A stretch of 63,320 nt of DNA, filler included, from Octopus bimaculoides (taxonomy: Eukaryota): assembly GCF_001194135.2 (NCBI RefSeq). It is 7 parts of 6 records of this genome, joined end to end, with 100 filler letters (N's around TTAATTAATTAA, not from the genome) between each part and the next. Parts side by side here need not be neighbours in the genome. Positions count along the whole stretch, not along the records: positions 12,373 to 33,577 come from NC_068991.1; 6 more parts are not named here. One strand, written 5' to 3'. Position numbers and translations under genes: made by a program. A model generated the notes under the pieces. That model was not told the origin of the DNA and ran no database searches. It was given only the letters and a program-made list of their open reading frames with translations. This document shows, in pieces, positions 13,441-26,141 of the stretch. Numbering within the stretch: position 1 is the first letter of the stretch; the number at the start of each line of letters is the position of its first letter.

Positions 13441-14989
13441 ATCAGGTAGCGAAAATACTGTATTGATTTCACAAACGAATAGAAGCTTATCTAATTTTGT
13501 TATAAATAGCGAAGTTATATTTTTCCTTATATTTTTTTTCCAAAAATTATATTTATTAGTATCAAAGCTACGTGGAAGTCACGAGAAATAATATCAAAAA
13601 TATTATGATTAAAGTTATAAATAAAGTTATTAATAAATTAAAGTTATAGATAATCTGATGTTGCATTTTATTCTTGTCTCTGGTATCAATGTTAATAATA
13701 ATTTATAACGTAGGCACAAGGTCACAAATTTGTTAGTATTTAGTTCACTGAATCCACTACAGTACTTGACTGATACTTTATACCTATCGACTTCGGAAAA
13801 TTGAAAGGCAAAGTTGACCTAGACGTGATTTGAACCGAGAACATAAAGGAGCGTAAATAAACATCGATCGAACAACTGAATACCTCCCAATAATAGAAAC
13901 TTTTACTCCGATAGTTTTACTCAGTTTCCATCTCCTAAATTTTATCCGCACGGTTATGGTTAACTGACAGCTATGGCAGTAGATATTTGTTCAAGTTGAC
14001 GCACAATAGCAGTGATGAACAGAACTGGCACAACTATAATATGATAAACCAAATGAATAAATACTGCCCTGTTTGGTCACGGATATTCCACAAAACGTTA
14101 GTAATATTTGCTTGCTAAACAACGATTGGTGTATCTACGCTGCTCGAGGCTGAAGATTCCGTTGTTCGATCACCTGAATTGTTTGCACCTGAATTAAAGT
14201 GTAAATGGCTGAGTATTCCATAGAAATGTGCATCCTGAACGTAATCCTCAGACACAGTCAGTGTGACATAGTGTATGAGAAGGCTATACCTCTTTGACTT
14301 ACTTGCACAATCCACTCTACTGGCTTCTATGCAGTTTCCATCTGCCTAATTTAACTCACAAGATATCGATCAACTTGAGGGGATAGAAAATGATACTTAT
14401 CAAAAATATCGCGCAGACGGTTGGAATCCAAGATTTCGTGATCGAGAGGCCATTATGTACCTACAACTACAAACAACGATTACTAACTTATTTAAGTCAC
14501 AATATGACAGAGCTAACGAGGGATCCTCTATGTAGTCACTTTAGCTCCTAGAAATAGCTACCCAAACCCATTTGAATCAAACCATACCATCGCAAAAGTA
14601 AAAAAAAGAAAAAAAAGAAAATAAATATTGGATAATGTAGTTCTGCATACATTTCCCCACTTTTTAAAGACGGTAAGGTGTAATTTGAAGGTGATTTTGG
14701 TTGTTATTTCTGACAAGTCAAGCGACCGTGTAGAGGATCCTATGTTGGGATTAGTTTGAAATTTAAGTGAATGACTTCTAATTTTTTTTCATCATAAATG
14801 CCTTAAATTTTAAGGGAGGGGTAAGTCGATTACATCGACCCCAGTGTTCCACTGGTACTTAATTTATCGACCCCGAAAGGATGAAAGGCAAAGTCGACCT
14901 CGGCGAAATTTGAACTAAGAACGTAACGGCAGACGAAATACCGCTAAGCATTTCGCCCTGCGGGCTAACAATTCCGCCAGCTCGTCACC

Positions 14990-15071
<82 letters not shown>

Positions 15072-15173
15072 TGATGATGATGATAACAACAACAACAACA
15101 ACAACAATAATAATTATCTTTTCTACTAAAGGCAGAAGGCCTGAAATTTGTGGGGGATTACATTGACCCCAGT

Positions 15174-15451
15174 ACATTATTTACATTATTTACATTCGAC
15201 GGATATTTGTCCCCATCTTGTTTGTTGTTAACACAACGTTTCGGCTGATATACCCTCCAGCCTTCTTCAGGTGTCTTGGGGAAATTTCGAACCTAGGTTC
15301 TCATTCCTAAGGTATTTTTCGATGTTATTATTATTATTATTATTATTATCATTATTATTATTATTATTATTATTATCATTATTATTATTATTATTATTCA
15401 GGTCACTGTAAATAATGTACATAATTCCTCATGTCTTAAATATAGAACTGT
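15174..15451 (-). mobile_element. Hammerhead-tail repeat family, copy 2, 5'-truncated, nested in a family A SINE
   Basis: Flanked by ATTGACCCCAGT (15162-15173) and ATCGACCCCAGT (15452-15463), a duplicated piece of the host SINE. Contains the arm, (TTA)n, the last bases of the tRNA-like head (ttcaggtcactg) and an inverted copy of the element end. Confidence 0.8.
15230..15275 (-). ncRNA. Minimal type I hammerhead ribozyme motif
   Basis: Minus strand reads GACAC CTGAAGA A GGCTG gagggtatat CAGCC GAAA C GTT GTGTT: stem I, core, stem II, GAAA and a GUU triplet. Activity is untested. Confidence 0.65.
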
Positions 15452-15749
15452 ATCGACCCCAGTTTTTCACTGGTACTTAAATTATCAATCCTGAAAGGAT
15501 GAAAAGCAAAATCGGCCTCCTAATTTGAACTGAACACGTAACGAAATGCCGCTAAGCGTTTTGCCCGGTGTGCTAACGATTCCGCCAGCTCGCCAATAAT
15601 AATGATTTCTTTATTAACCACAAGGGTTTACATTAAGAAAAAACATTATGGACAGCACAGGATAAAACGAAGAATGTGTGTATGTGTATGTGTGTGAGTG
15701 TGTATTGTGAGGGTTTTGCGTGTAAACAAGACTAATAAAATCAAATATG

Positions 15750-16300
15750 TCCTGATGCTGTACCAGCACTGGCTCTCATGGCTTCTGATCTTAACTGATT
15801 GCAAGTGTTATCATATACATGTTTTGTCTTGGTATAAAAGATGGGCTATAGCAACTATTTTCCTCAGTACTACAGATTTGCTTGCTACTTGCTTGCCTTA
15901 ACCAGTTGAGCATGTCCCTTAGTGGTTGATGATATATGCATCTCTGATCACGAGCAGAAGTAGTTGGAGAGCATCATAGCCATGTGTTGAGAGGAATTCT
16001 TTGGGGTTTCAATTATTCACCTCTGAAAACATGGATGTTTCGTTCAACATCCTCAAACAACCCTTATTCAGGGAACTTTTGAGAGAGATGGGCTCCTCGA
16101 CCTGAAGAAAATTCTAACTGGGCCCCACTTGCAAGGTCATGCGCTGTTTATCTTGATATGAAATCACCATGTTGCGCACATATGGTTGTGATGCATGCAC
16201 CTAGTGTACCCTTATCAGATGGGTAGTCATGACGGGTATATTGGGCTTCGTATAATTGTACCTCAGTGTCACTTTGATGGCATGCACTGCTCTCTCATTC
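15750..16300. mobile_element. Interspersed repeat (family E) ending in (AAT)n
   Basis: The 3' ~370 bp closely match 51096-51470 (tgcatctctgatcacgagcagaagtag...gtcactttgat.gcatgcact.ctctctca.tcaataataat). Confidence 0.7.
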
Positions 16301-16370
16301 AATAATAATAGTAATAATAATAATAATAGCAGTAGTAGTAGTAGTAGTAATAATAATAATAATAACAACA

Positions 16371-16402
<32 letters not shown>

Positions 16403-16967
16403 CTTATTGTATAGAGAGTGCAGGTGAACTACAACTCGTTGGAAAAGGGTAAAGGAAGTGAAAGAAAACAGTAATAAGTAAAGAATGACAGAAGCGATAC
16501 CCAAAAGTACATGCTTAGTACACAGAATATAGCATAAAAATTAATGAAAATTGAACAGTAAAAGAGCTATAAAGAGGAAAAAGTGGATATGCACATCAGG
16601 AGTATTATTGCCCAATTTCGTTCGGTGCCTGTGGGTCGGAATTAATTTCCTTAATCGATATTTTAATATGTATTTGCATGGGATTCCTAACTTTAATAAT
16701 TAAATTCCATCGTAGCAAGTAGCGCCTCTCCACAAAGAAAATGTAGCGTGTAGTAGCGTTGAAAAGTAATGTCCTTTACCTCTACTTTAATTTCCTGTCA
16801 GGCAACTCTGGCAAGAAAATAGATATAGAAAGAAATCTTTTTTTTAAGTTTGCTTAGTGCTTGTTTCTAGTTTATCAGACATAGCTCCATCAATGGATTA
16901 TTTAAGCAGATTTATATAACAACCAATCATACAGGTATAATGAACAGTATCACACACACACACACAT

Positions 16968-17003
<36 letters not shown>

Positions 17004-17056
17004 CACNNNNNNNNNNNNNNNNNNNNNNNNNNNNNNNNNNNNNNNNNNNNNNNNNN

Positions 17057-17103
<47 letters not shown>

Positions 17104-18651
17104 TCAGAGTGACTTTCAGATACTATCCTCATCATCACAGTTAGTACGACCACTAACACCACTACCATCTGATCCTGCTGACACAAGCATCAGACATCAC
17201 CTCCTCCTCCTCTTTACTGCCATCGTTTTTGCGTCCCATTTTCCACGTTCCTAATGCATATTTGACATTTTCTACGGTTGCAACGGCACGTAGCGTCCAT
17301 TCTTCGAAGTTAACTTACACCCACTTGCTCTCATAAGCTCTCCAACTAATTCTCAACCAATTTCACCCCACCATCATTTTAACCCTTTCCCCCCCAATCC
17401 CATACAAGTCCTCAGCTCCTTTTCCTCATTCTCTTTCTCCCCTTCCTCACTTTATGAACATAACAGCAGTCTACCACTGCCATCACTCTCATCTACAGTA
17501 ACATTCATCACCAGAGTCAATAGACTTTCAGGTGGTTTGTCTAATAAAGAAATGATATTGGTCATCCCCACCAGCTCCAACATCATCTAACGAAGCACAA
17601 CACCATTCCTATCGCCTCTATCAACATAACCCCCAATACCATCATGTAAACCATCGCCGCTACTGCCGCCAACATTACCGCGGTCACCATTACCGCCGCC
17701 AACACTGCCGCCGCCGCTGCCACCAACACCATCACCCCCACCGCTGCCACCCTCTCCTCCGCCTCCTATCCCTCCTCCTCCTCCTCTTGATCATCATTTT
17801 CAACATCATCTTCATTTCTTTCCTCTCTTCGTCGCGGTGCAATAATCAACAGCTTGCATTATTGATGAAAACATTTTCTATGACCTGATGATATGGAGAG
17901 AACGGAAAGGAGGAATGTATGCATGTGTGTTGTACATTTGAGTGTGTGTGTGCGTGCGTGTACACACGTCGTGTGTGTGCATGTTAATGTGTGAGCGTTG
18001 TTAGCGTGCATGTGTGTATACACACTCACGTACATATATATATATATATATATATANNNNNNNNNNNNNNNNNNNNNNNNNNNNNNNNNNNNNNNNNNNN
18101 NNNNNNNNNNNNNNNNNNNNNNNNNNNNNNNNNNNNNNNNNNNNNNNNNNNNNNNNNNNNNNNNNNNNNNNNNNNNNNNNNNNNNNNNNNNNNNNNNNNN
18201 NNNNNNNNNNNNNNNNNNNNNNNNNNNNNNNNNNNNNNNNNNNNNNNNNNNNNNNNNNNNNNNNNNNNNNNNNNNNNNNNNNNNNNNNNNNNNNNNNNNN
18301 NNNNNNNNNNNNNNNNNNNNNNNNNNNNNNNNNNNNNNNNNNNNNNNNNNNNNNNNNNNNNNNNNNNNNNNNNNNNNNNNNNNNNNNNNNNNNNNNNNNN
18401 NNNNNNNNNNNNNNNNNNNNNNNNNNNNNNNNNNNNNNNNNNNNNNNNNNNNNNNNNNNNNNNNNNNNNNNNNNNNNNNNNNNNNNNNNNNNNNNNNNNN
18501 NNNNNNNNNNNNNNNNNNNNNNNNNNNNNNNNNNNNNNNNNNNNNNNNNNNNNTGTGAGAGAGAGACAGAGAGACAGAGAGAGAGAGAGAAAAGAGAGAG
18601 ACAGAGAGAAAAGAGAGAGAGAGAGAGAAAAGAGAGAAAGAGAGAGAGGGA

Positions 18652-18697
<46 letters not shown>

Positions 18698-20290
18698 AGA
18701 GTTCAGTGCTTCCAAACTAAAGTGAACGTGTATGTGAATTCATGGTCAGTAATCTACTTAAAAAATTGAAAAGTGGGAAACAGAGAAGGATATTAAAAAA
18801 GGAGATTTGTTATTGTTGTTGTTAGCGTTGTTGTCAATGTGTTGTTTCGTTGTTGTTTACTCTCAAATTAATTTTTTAGTGGTATGTTGTTATAACAAAG
18901 GATTAACAGGTACAGTAAACTGATACATAAGCCCTAAATTTTGGTAAACCATCACTATCCTTTAGAGTTAGAAAAGGCATGAACATTAAATCGTTTCACA
19001 GCTCTTCATCAGCGCATACAATGCTTTATGCTTGACTGCATTTGTCAGTCGAAAACACAGTTTAATTATATAAGCCAGCCTTAGAAACTGAGTTCTTTTG
19101 ACAAGGCACAACAAGGTAACGTGCACTTAGGATAAGATAAACAGGAAGATGGAATTTTCATGCCTTTCCCAAAGAAAGCTGCAGTGTAAGGAAGGGTTTA
19201 AACTTAGAATCGAAACAACGTCGATAGTTCATAACCTATGCAATCTTGTCTCACGTCGTCTTTAAATCTGAAACCTGACCCTGCATGACCAAAATAAGGA
19301 CACAACTGAAAGCATCATTTTTGTGTTGTTGTTTAGGTCAAGATCTAACTCGTGATGATACTGAACTACGATAAAAAGCATAGCATCTACGATCATCCAT
19401 TTTAATTTTAGATAAAGATAATAGAGTTTTAGATGTAGTATGTATCCTTCTCTACTTAAAGATGGCTGGGAGGGAACTGCGGAAGGTTTAACTACTATTT
19501 CTAACATATCGAGTGTCCACACTGAGCCGTTCGTCGGCTTCTTCATCTTTGTGTTGTTGTTGTTGTTTAGCCCAGTGAAGCAGACCTATCATAAAAAGGC
19601 ATTGCATCCGTTACCATCTCCTCTCTTAAATTTTGTTTTCAGATATAGTGTATCATTTCGCTTTTAAGGTGATGATTTGAGGGAGATTTTGCTCTAACAG
19701 GAAAACCGACCGCATAAAGTGTTCTTTATTGGCTTGTCTTTATATATTGCACCTAAATGACTTTATCAGTGCACTTCACCTCTCTGCAATCACAATTTAT
19801 GTGGGAAGTGAAAGTTGGCAATGCAGAATAGCAAACAATCTATTTATTTTATATAAATTGCTTCTGTCTACAACATCGAAAATTTCTCCATTGTAGAATT
19901 TTTTTATAGAGAAAGAACTGGCTACGGAAAGCATACAGTACTTGTAAAAATATACTATGTAAACACCCAACCTTTCTCAGCCTGTCTATTAATTGTTGAC
20001 TTTTTCACTCATTCAAATGTTTTTATTTCGACTTCTGATATTTATATATTACAGAGATGCACGTCAGTTTTGTAGACATAAATGACACCATAGGTAACTT
20101 GTACATTCTCATCTTATCAGTCATGCGTTGAATACATTGGCACGAGTAGTTGATAAATTTATTGCTCGAATTTTGATGTAACATACACAATCATGTGTCT
20201 GTCAGTCAGTCTTGTCTAGTCATTCATCCAATTATCTATCTAGCTAGTTTTCCATCTATCCAGACCACTGTAAATATAAACATCAACTCG

Positions 20291-20335
<45 letters not shown>

Positions 20336-20589
20336 ACACACGCGCGCGCGCACAGATCACGCACAGTTCTTGGCGAAGGAGGGGTGCTGACTGTCTGACA
20401 TTAATAGAAGGCTACAAGTTTTTTGCAGAAATGACACCGTTGACAAGAGTAATGTGTAAAGAGGGATGAAACTTAAAGAGAGGTAAATCAGTCTCAAATA
20501 CTATCAATTGCGACCCCTGATATGAATCAAAACAAATTGTTTCCTATGGACCGGAGTGTTATAATCCATTAGATTGGAGCACAACAGGA

Positions 20590-20915
20590 TTATGATTACA
20601 ATGCATTGCAGAAGATGGTAGAAAACTTTGAGTATCGGAATGTGTTTCCAAAGTGGGTACCTCGGCAATTGGATCACCATTTAATGAAAAGAAGGTTGGA
20701 AGTCTGCTCTGAAGTGTTTGGAAACGTTTGAAGCCAATGAAGACACTGTTTTTCCCGATAGGGGACGAAACGTAGGCTTTATGATCATAAGGCATATCTT
20801 TATGATTGGAAAACAAAGGCTCAATTTTCATGAAGTGGTGCCACCTTTCTTCAAGGCCTAAGAAGTTCGCAAGCCACTGTTTTGTTTCTGTTTTTTGGAC
20901 AAGGACATTGTACTC
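20590..20915 (+). mobile_element. Degenerate mariner transposase fragment
   Basis: Plus-strand frames give KWVPRQLDHHLMKRRLEVC (WVPxxL motif at 20654), GDET (20761) and SIFMKWCHLSSRPKKF...VSVFW, with frameshifts and stops. Confidence 0.85.
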
Positions 20916-21133
20916 CTTCAGTTTTGGGAACGTGGCTCTACCATGCAAATACCATGCAAAATACAATAACATACACATACACACACACACACGCAAAAAT
21001 AAATAAATAAATAAATAAATAAAGTAGGAGATAAATAAAAGACTTTAAAAGAAGGAATTGCCCTAATTTCAAAATCCTAGAAGAAATTCTGTTTCGTTGA
21101 AATCTAGTAGATTTCTGCTGATTTATTAAATAC

Positions 21134-21615
21134 AAATTTATTAAATATTTGTATAACTCGATCCCTCCCTTTTTCATTCTTATTCTATCCTTGTATTATT
21201 AGGTCAGCAGATGCAGAAGGTATGTATGTGCGTATGTATGTACGTCTGTATATGCATGCACGTATGCTTATGTGTGTGTGTTAGAGAAGATTCATTAGGT
21301 GATTCATAAATTTATCTATGTAGCATTCCAGATTTTTGAAGAAGTGTGTGTGTGTATGTGTATGTATGTGTGTGTGTGTGTGTATGTATGCGCGCGCGCA
21401 CAACGCACGTATTTGTGCATTGCAACCAAGCTTTAGCACAACTGGATCGTTCAGAAAATAATTACTCGGTGTTCAGAAAAGTTGGTTCTTCAGAAAATAA
21501 TTACTCACTGATTAAGCTGGGTTTCCAGAACAGACATAAAGATGGCAGCATACATAGATTGGTGTGTGCATGTGTGTAGACAAATTAATATTTATTTATG
21601 AAGATGGATAGTTAT

Positions 21616-21686
<71 letters not shown>

Positions 21687-22554
21687 GTACAAAAATAGAG
21701 CGGTAAAAAGAGGAGGGCGAAAGAGATAGAAATAATGGAGCTTAGCTAGACTGAAACTGCATACATGAAACTGCAGTCCGTTACAGATAATACATTGTAA
21801 CTCATACACATACATACATGCAGTTGCTCATTATTCTAAATATATCGTGTCCCACTTATATGGCCAATACAACATTTAGAGTAGCTGGGAAATTTGCAAT
21901 TTTCACTTTTGATATCGAATTTATAAATCACATTATTCACTGATTAGTGGCTTGTTCACGTGTTTACATGCTTGTGGTTTGGTATTGATAAGAAGAGGTT
22001 TCAATTTTAGTTTTTGTTCCCTAATATTATTACTATTAATGGGAATGCACATAGACTGCTGGTTAGAGCGTTGGACTCTCAAATATATCATCGTGCATTC
22101 TATTCCTGAATCGGATGGTCCGTTGTTTCCTTGAGCAACAAACTATCCAACTGGAAATGGGTAGCAACTGAATGCTGGTGGAACTCTCTTACCCACATCG
22201 TCAATGTTCCGCTGAGGCAAGGGTGGCAGAGCTGAGAAGTTACTTATATCTGTTTTCAGCTACATAACCACCTAAAGCAATTAGTAACGTATGGTGCATG
22301 CTACCAAGTCATTTTTGATTGCGAGTGACAGCTATGATCTATTACTTTTAGTGTTAACTTATAGTTTGGTGTAATGCATTTTGATTTGATTATATTGCAT
22401 ATACTCTCTAGTTCGTATGCGTTTCATTCATATAATCTCAATGATCTTTAATTAGGGATTTGCCATTAACATTTCATATCTATCGTTTAACGATTCTAAA
22501 TATATGCGTTTAAAAGAAAGATGCTGTTCCTCATATGTGTGTGTGTGTGTGTGT

Positions 22555-22592
<38 letters not shown>

Positions 22593-22704
22593 ATAAATAT
22601 GCGTGCGCACACATGCACACGCTTATGTATAAGCGAGCATAATACAAGGATAGAATAAGAATGAAAAAGGGAGGGATCGAGTTGTACAAATATTTAATAA
22701 ATTT
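21134..22704. repeat. 66-bp inverted repeat pair (21134-21199 and 22639-22704)
   Basis: The arms are reverse complements with one mismatch (gtataac/gtacaac). Confidence 0.9.
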
Positions 22705-22811
22705 TAATGTATTTGTAATTGTGATTTTTAGCTGCTATCTGTACACCTCTGTGTGTCTACGTATGTATGTATGTATGTATGTATGTATGTATGTATGTAT
22801 GTATGTATGTA

Positions 22812-22848
<37 letters not shown>

Positions 22849-23487
22849 GTGTGTGTACACAGTAACGAATTAACCAATCGATCAATAAACAGCCACTTTG
22901 TCCACTAATTTCATTTCCTCGGAACGACCTTGCTTTGTTTTACGTCTGTGTATATGTGTGTGTGAGTGCCTGCGTCCATGTGTGCGCGTGTATGCGAGAG
23001 TATGTGTAGTGTATGTGTGCATATGTTGTTATCTGTGTGTTAACGCTCTCATGATTGTGTTTGCGCGTATGCGTTAGTGTGAATTGTTCTTTATATATAT
23101 ATATATATGTATATGTATATGTATATTTGTTTTTTCTGTAAGTCTGTGTTGTTTTCATTTTTTTCACTTCTACTTTCAGCTGTTTTGTTTTTATATTTAA
23201 GGCGGGTGCATTGATCAAGGATTAATCTAATTATTGTAATTATTGGCAAGGTTTAGTAGTGAAGTTGCCTCCTAGTCTGGTGATAACAGTTGCTTAGTTG
23301 TTCAGTTGCTTGCAGTGACACACACAGAAACACACGCACACACGCACACGCTCACATACTCACACACGCATGACAGGCTTTCACAAAATTTCCCTCTATC
23401 AAAGTCACTCACAAGGCATTAAGTCGGCCCGGGGCTATAGTGGAAAGTATTTGCCCAAGGTGCTGCGCAGTGGTACTACATATATAC

Positions 23488-23536
<49 letters not shown>

Positions 23537-24499
23537 CGTGTGTATGTGTGTATTCGTAAACTTGCATCGTACCCATTTGTTTGAATGTGGGATAAATTAT
23601 ACAAGTATAAAATTTAGTACACATATATTTAAGGCAATAATTCCTTGTTTATAAGAAGTAAATTATTTCATATTGGGTATGTATGNNNNNNNNNNNNNNN
23701 NNNNNNNNNNNNNNNNNNNNNNNNNNNNNNNNNNNNNNNNNNNNNNNNNNNNNNNNNNNNNNNNNNNNNNNNNNNNNNNNNNNNNNNNNNNNNNNNNNNN
23801 NNNNNNNNNNNNNNNNNNNNNNNNNNNNNNNNNNNNNNNNNNNNNNNNNNNNNNNNNNNNNNNNNNNNNNNNNNNNNNNNNNNNNNNNNNNNNNNNNNNN
23901 NNNNNNNNNNNNNNNNNNNNNNNNNNNNNNNNNNNNNNNNNNNNNNNNNNNNNNNNNNNNNNNNNNNNNNNNNNNNNNNNNNNNNNNNNNNNNNNNNNNN
24001 NNNNNNNNNNNNNNNNNNNNNNNNNNNNNNNNNNNNNNNNNNNNNNNNNNNNNNNNNNNNNNNNNNNNNNNNNNNNNNNNNNNNNNNNNNNNNNNNNNNN
24101 NNNNNNNNNNNNNNNNNNNNNNNNNNNNNNNNNNNNNNNNNNNNNNNNNNNNNNNNNNNNNNNNNNNNNNNNNNNNNNNNNNNNNNNNNNNNNNNNNNNN
24201 NNNNNNNNNNNNNNNNNNNNNNNNNNNNNNNNNNNNNNNNNNTAGCAAACATCAGAATCTTAAAGATCTTACTGATTTGTATCACAGGATATACTCCGAG
24301 TTAATTAGGATGTTATTGCTGTTATTGTCGCCGAATCGCCTTATAGTCATTACCATAATGTTTGTGCTTTTTTTTAAAAATTCGTATGACGAAGAGAGAA
24401 GTGTTGCCTTACCTGAAATAGATATAAAAAGTAAAAGCATTAGAAATAAACATTGTCAATAGAAAGTCACTATTACCACTCACTGCCTTAATAATAATG

Positions 24500-24538
<39 letters not shown>

Positions 24539-25391
24539 TTAATAATGAAAATATCTGATGGCTGAAAAGAACGGATAGCATGGTATCGTAGGCTGCAGGT
24601 AGCAAGCCCTCTACGCATGCAAGACTGTAGGAGTTCCAACAAAACCTGCGATAAAAAGAAATAATAATCCTTTCTACTATAGACACAAGGCCTGATATTT
24701 TTGGGGAGGGGAGTAGTCGATTCATCGACCCCAGTGTTTCACTGGTACTTAATTTAACGACCTCGAAAGGATGAAAGGCAAAGTTGACCTCGGCGGAATT
24801 CGAACCCAGAATGCTAAGACAGACAAAATACTACCAAGCATTTCGTCCGACGTGCTAACGATTCTGCCAGCTAACCGCCTTACTCTTTATTCTTTTTTTA
24901 CTCTTTTACATGTTTCAGTCATTTAACTGCGGCCATGCTGGAGCACCGCCCTTAGTCGAGCAAATCGACCCCAGGACTTATTATTTTTAAGCCTAGTACT
25001 TATTCTATCGGTCTCTTTTGCCGAACCGCTAAGTTACTGGGACGTAAACACACCAACATCGGTTGTCAAGCGATGTTGGGGGTACAAACACAGACACACA
25101 AACANNNNNNNNNNNNNNNNNNNNNNNNNNNNNNNNNNNNNNNNNNNNNNNNNNNNNNNNNNNNNNNNNNNNNNNNNNNNNNNNNNNNNNNNNNNNNNNN
25201 NNNNNNNNNNNNNNNNNNNNNNNNNNNNNNNNNNNNNNNNNNNNNNNNNNNNNNNNNNNNNNNNNNNNNNNNNNNNNNNNNNNNNNNNNNNNNNNNNNNN
25301 NNNNNNNNNNNNNNNNNNNNNNNNNNNNNNNNNNNNNNNNNNNNNNNNGTTCGTAAGCAAGTTACTTACCACGCAGCCACTCCTACGCTTT

Positions 25392-25425
25392 GATAATAAT
25401 AATAATTATAATAATAATAATAATG

Positions 25426-25483
<58 letters not shown>

Positions 25484-25506
25484 TAATAATAATAATAATA
25501 ATAATG

Positions 25507-25555
<49 letters not shown>

Positions 25556-25556
25556 T
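25392..25556. repeat. (AAT)n microsatellite, representative of many (AAT)n, (CA)n, (TA)n, (GA)n and (CATA)n tracts
   Basis: Read directly from the sequence. It explains the poly-Ile ORFs in the track. Confidence 0.95.
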
Positions 25557-26092
25557 TAGGTACAAGGCTAGCAATTTTTAAGGTAAGTGCAAATTGATTA
25601 CATCGAACCTAGCTCTTTATTTTATCCATCCGGAAAGAGTAAAAGGCAAAGTTGACCGCGCAGGTATTTGAGCTTATCGAAAAAAAGTAAAACGGAAAAT
25701 TGTAATAAATCAAGTAAAGAAAGACAGTTGCACACAGAACAAAGCATAAAAAGACTGAAAATTGAACAGTAAATGAGCCATAAAGAAGAAAAAGTGCTTT
25801 TGCACATCAGGAGTAGTGTTAGCCACTTTCAGTGTCTGTGGTCGCTACTAACTTACTTAAGTGATAATTTAATAAGATATATACTTTGCTACAGCTTTTA
25901 GTTTTCCATCAGGCAACCCTGGCTGGAAACTAGATATAGAACCGTTTTGTGAGCTTACTTAGCGCTTGTTTCCAAAGCCACAACCAATCGATTGTTTAAG
26001 CACATTTGTGTACTAAGCAGTCGTGCAAGTATAATAAACAATATCACACACACATACACCTACACACACACACAAACACAAACACCACACAC

Positions 26093-26141
<49 letters not shown>

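Noticed and set aside
18985-19020. Minus-strand CTGATGAAGAGCTGTGAAACG hammerhead-like string
   Set aside because: There is no pairable stem II and no convincing stem I or NUH triplet.
20559-20996. 145-aa minus-strand ORF that looks like a real protein
   Set aside because: It is the antisense of the degenerate mariner transposase on the plus strand.
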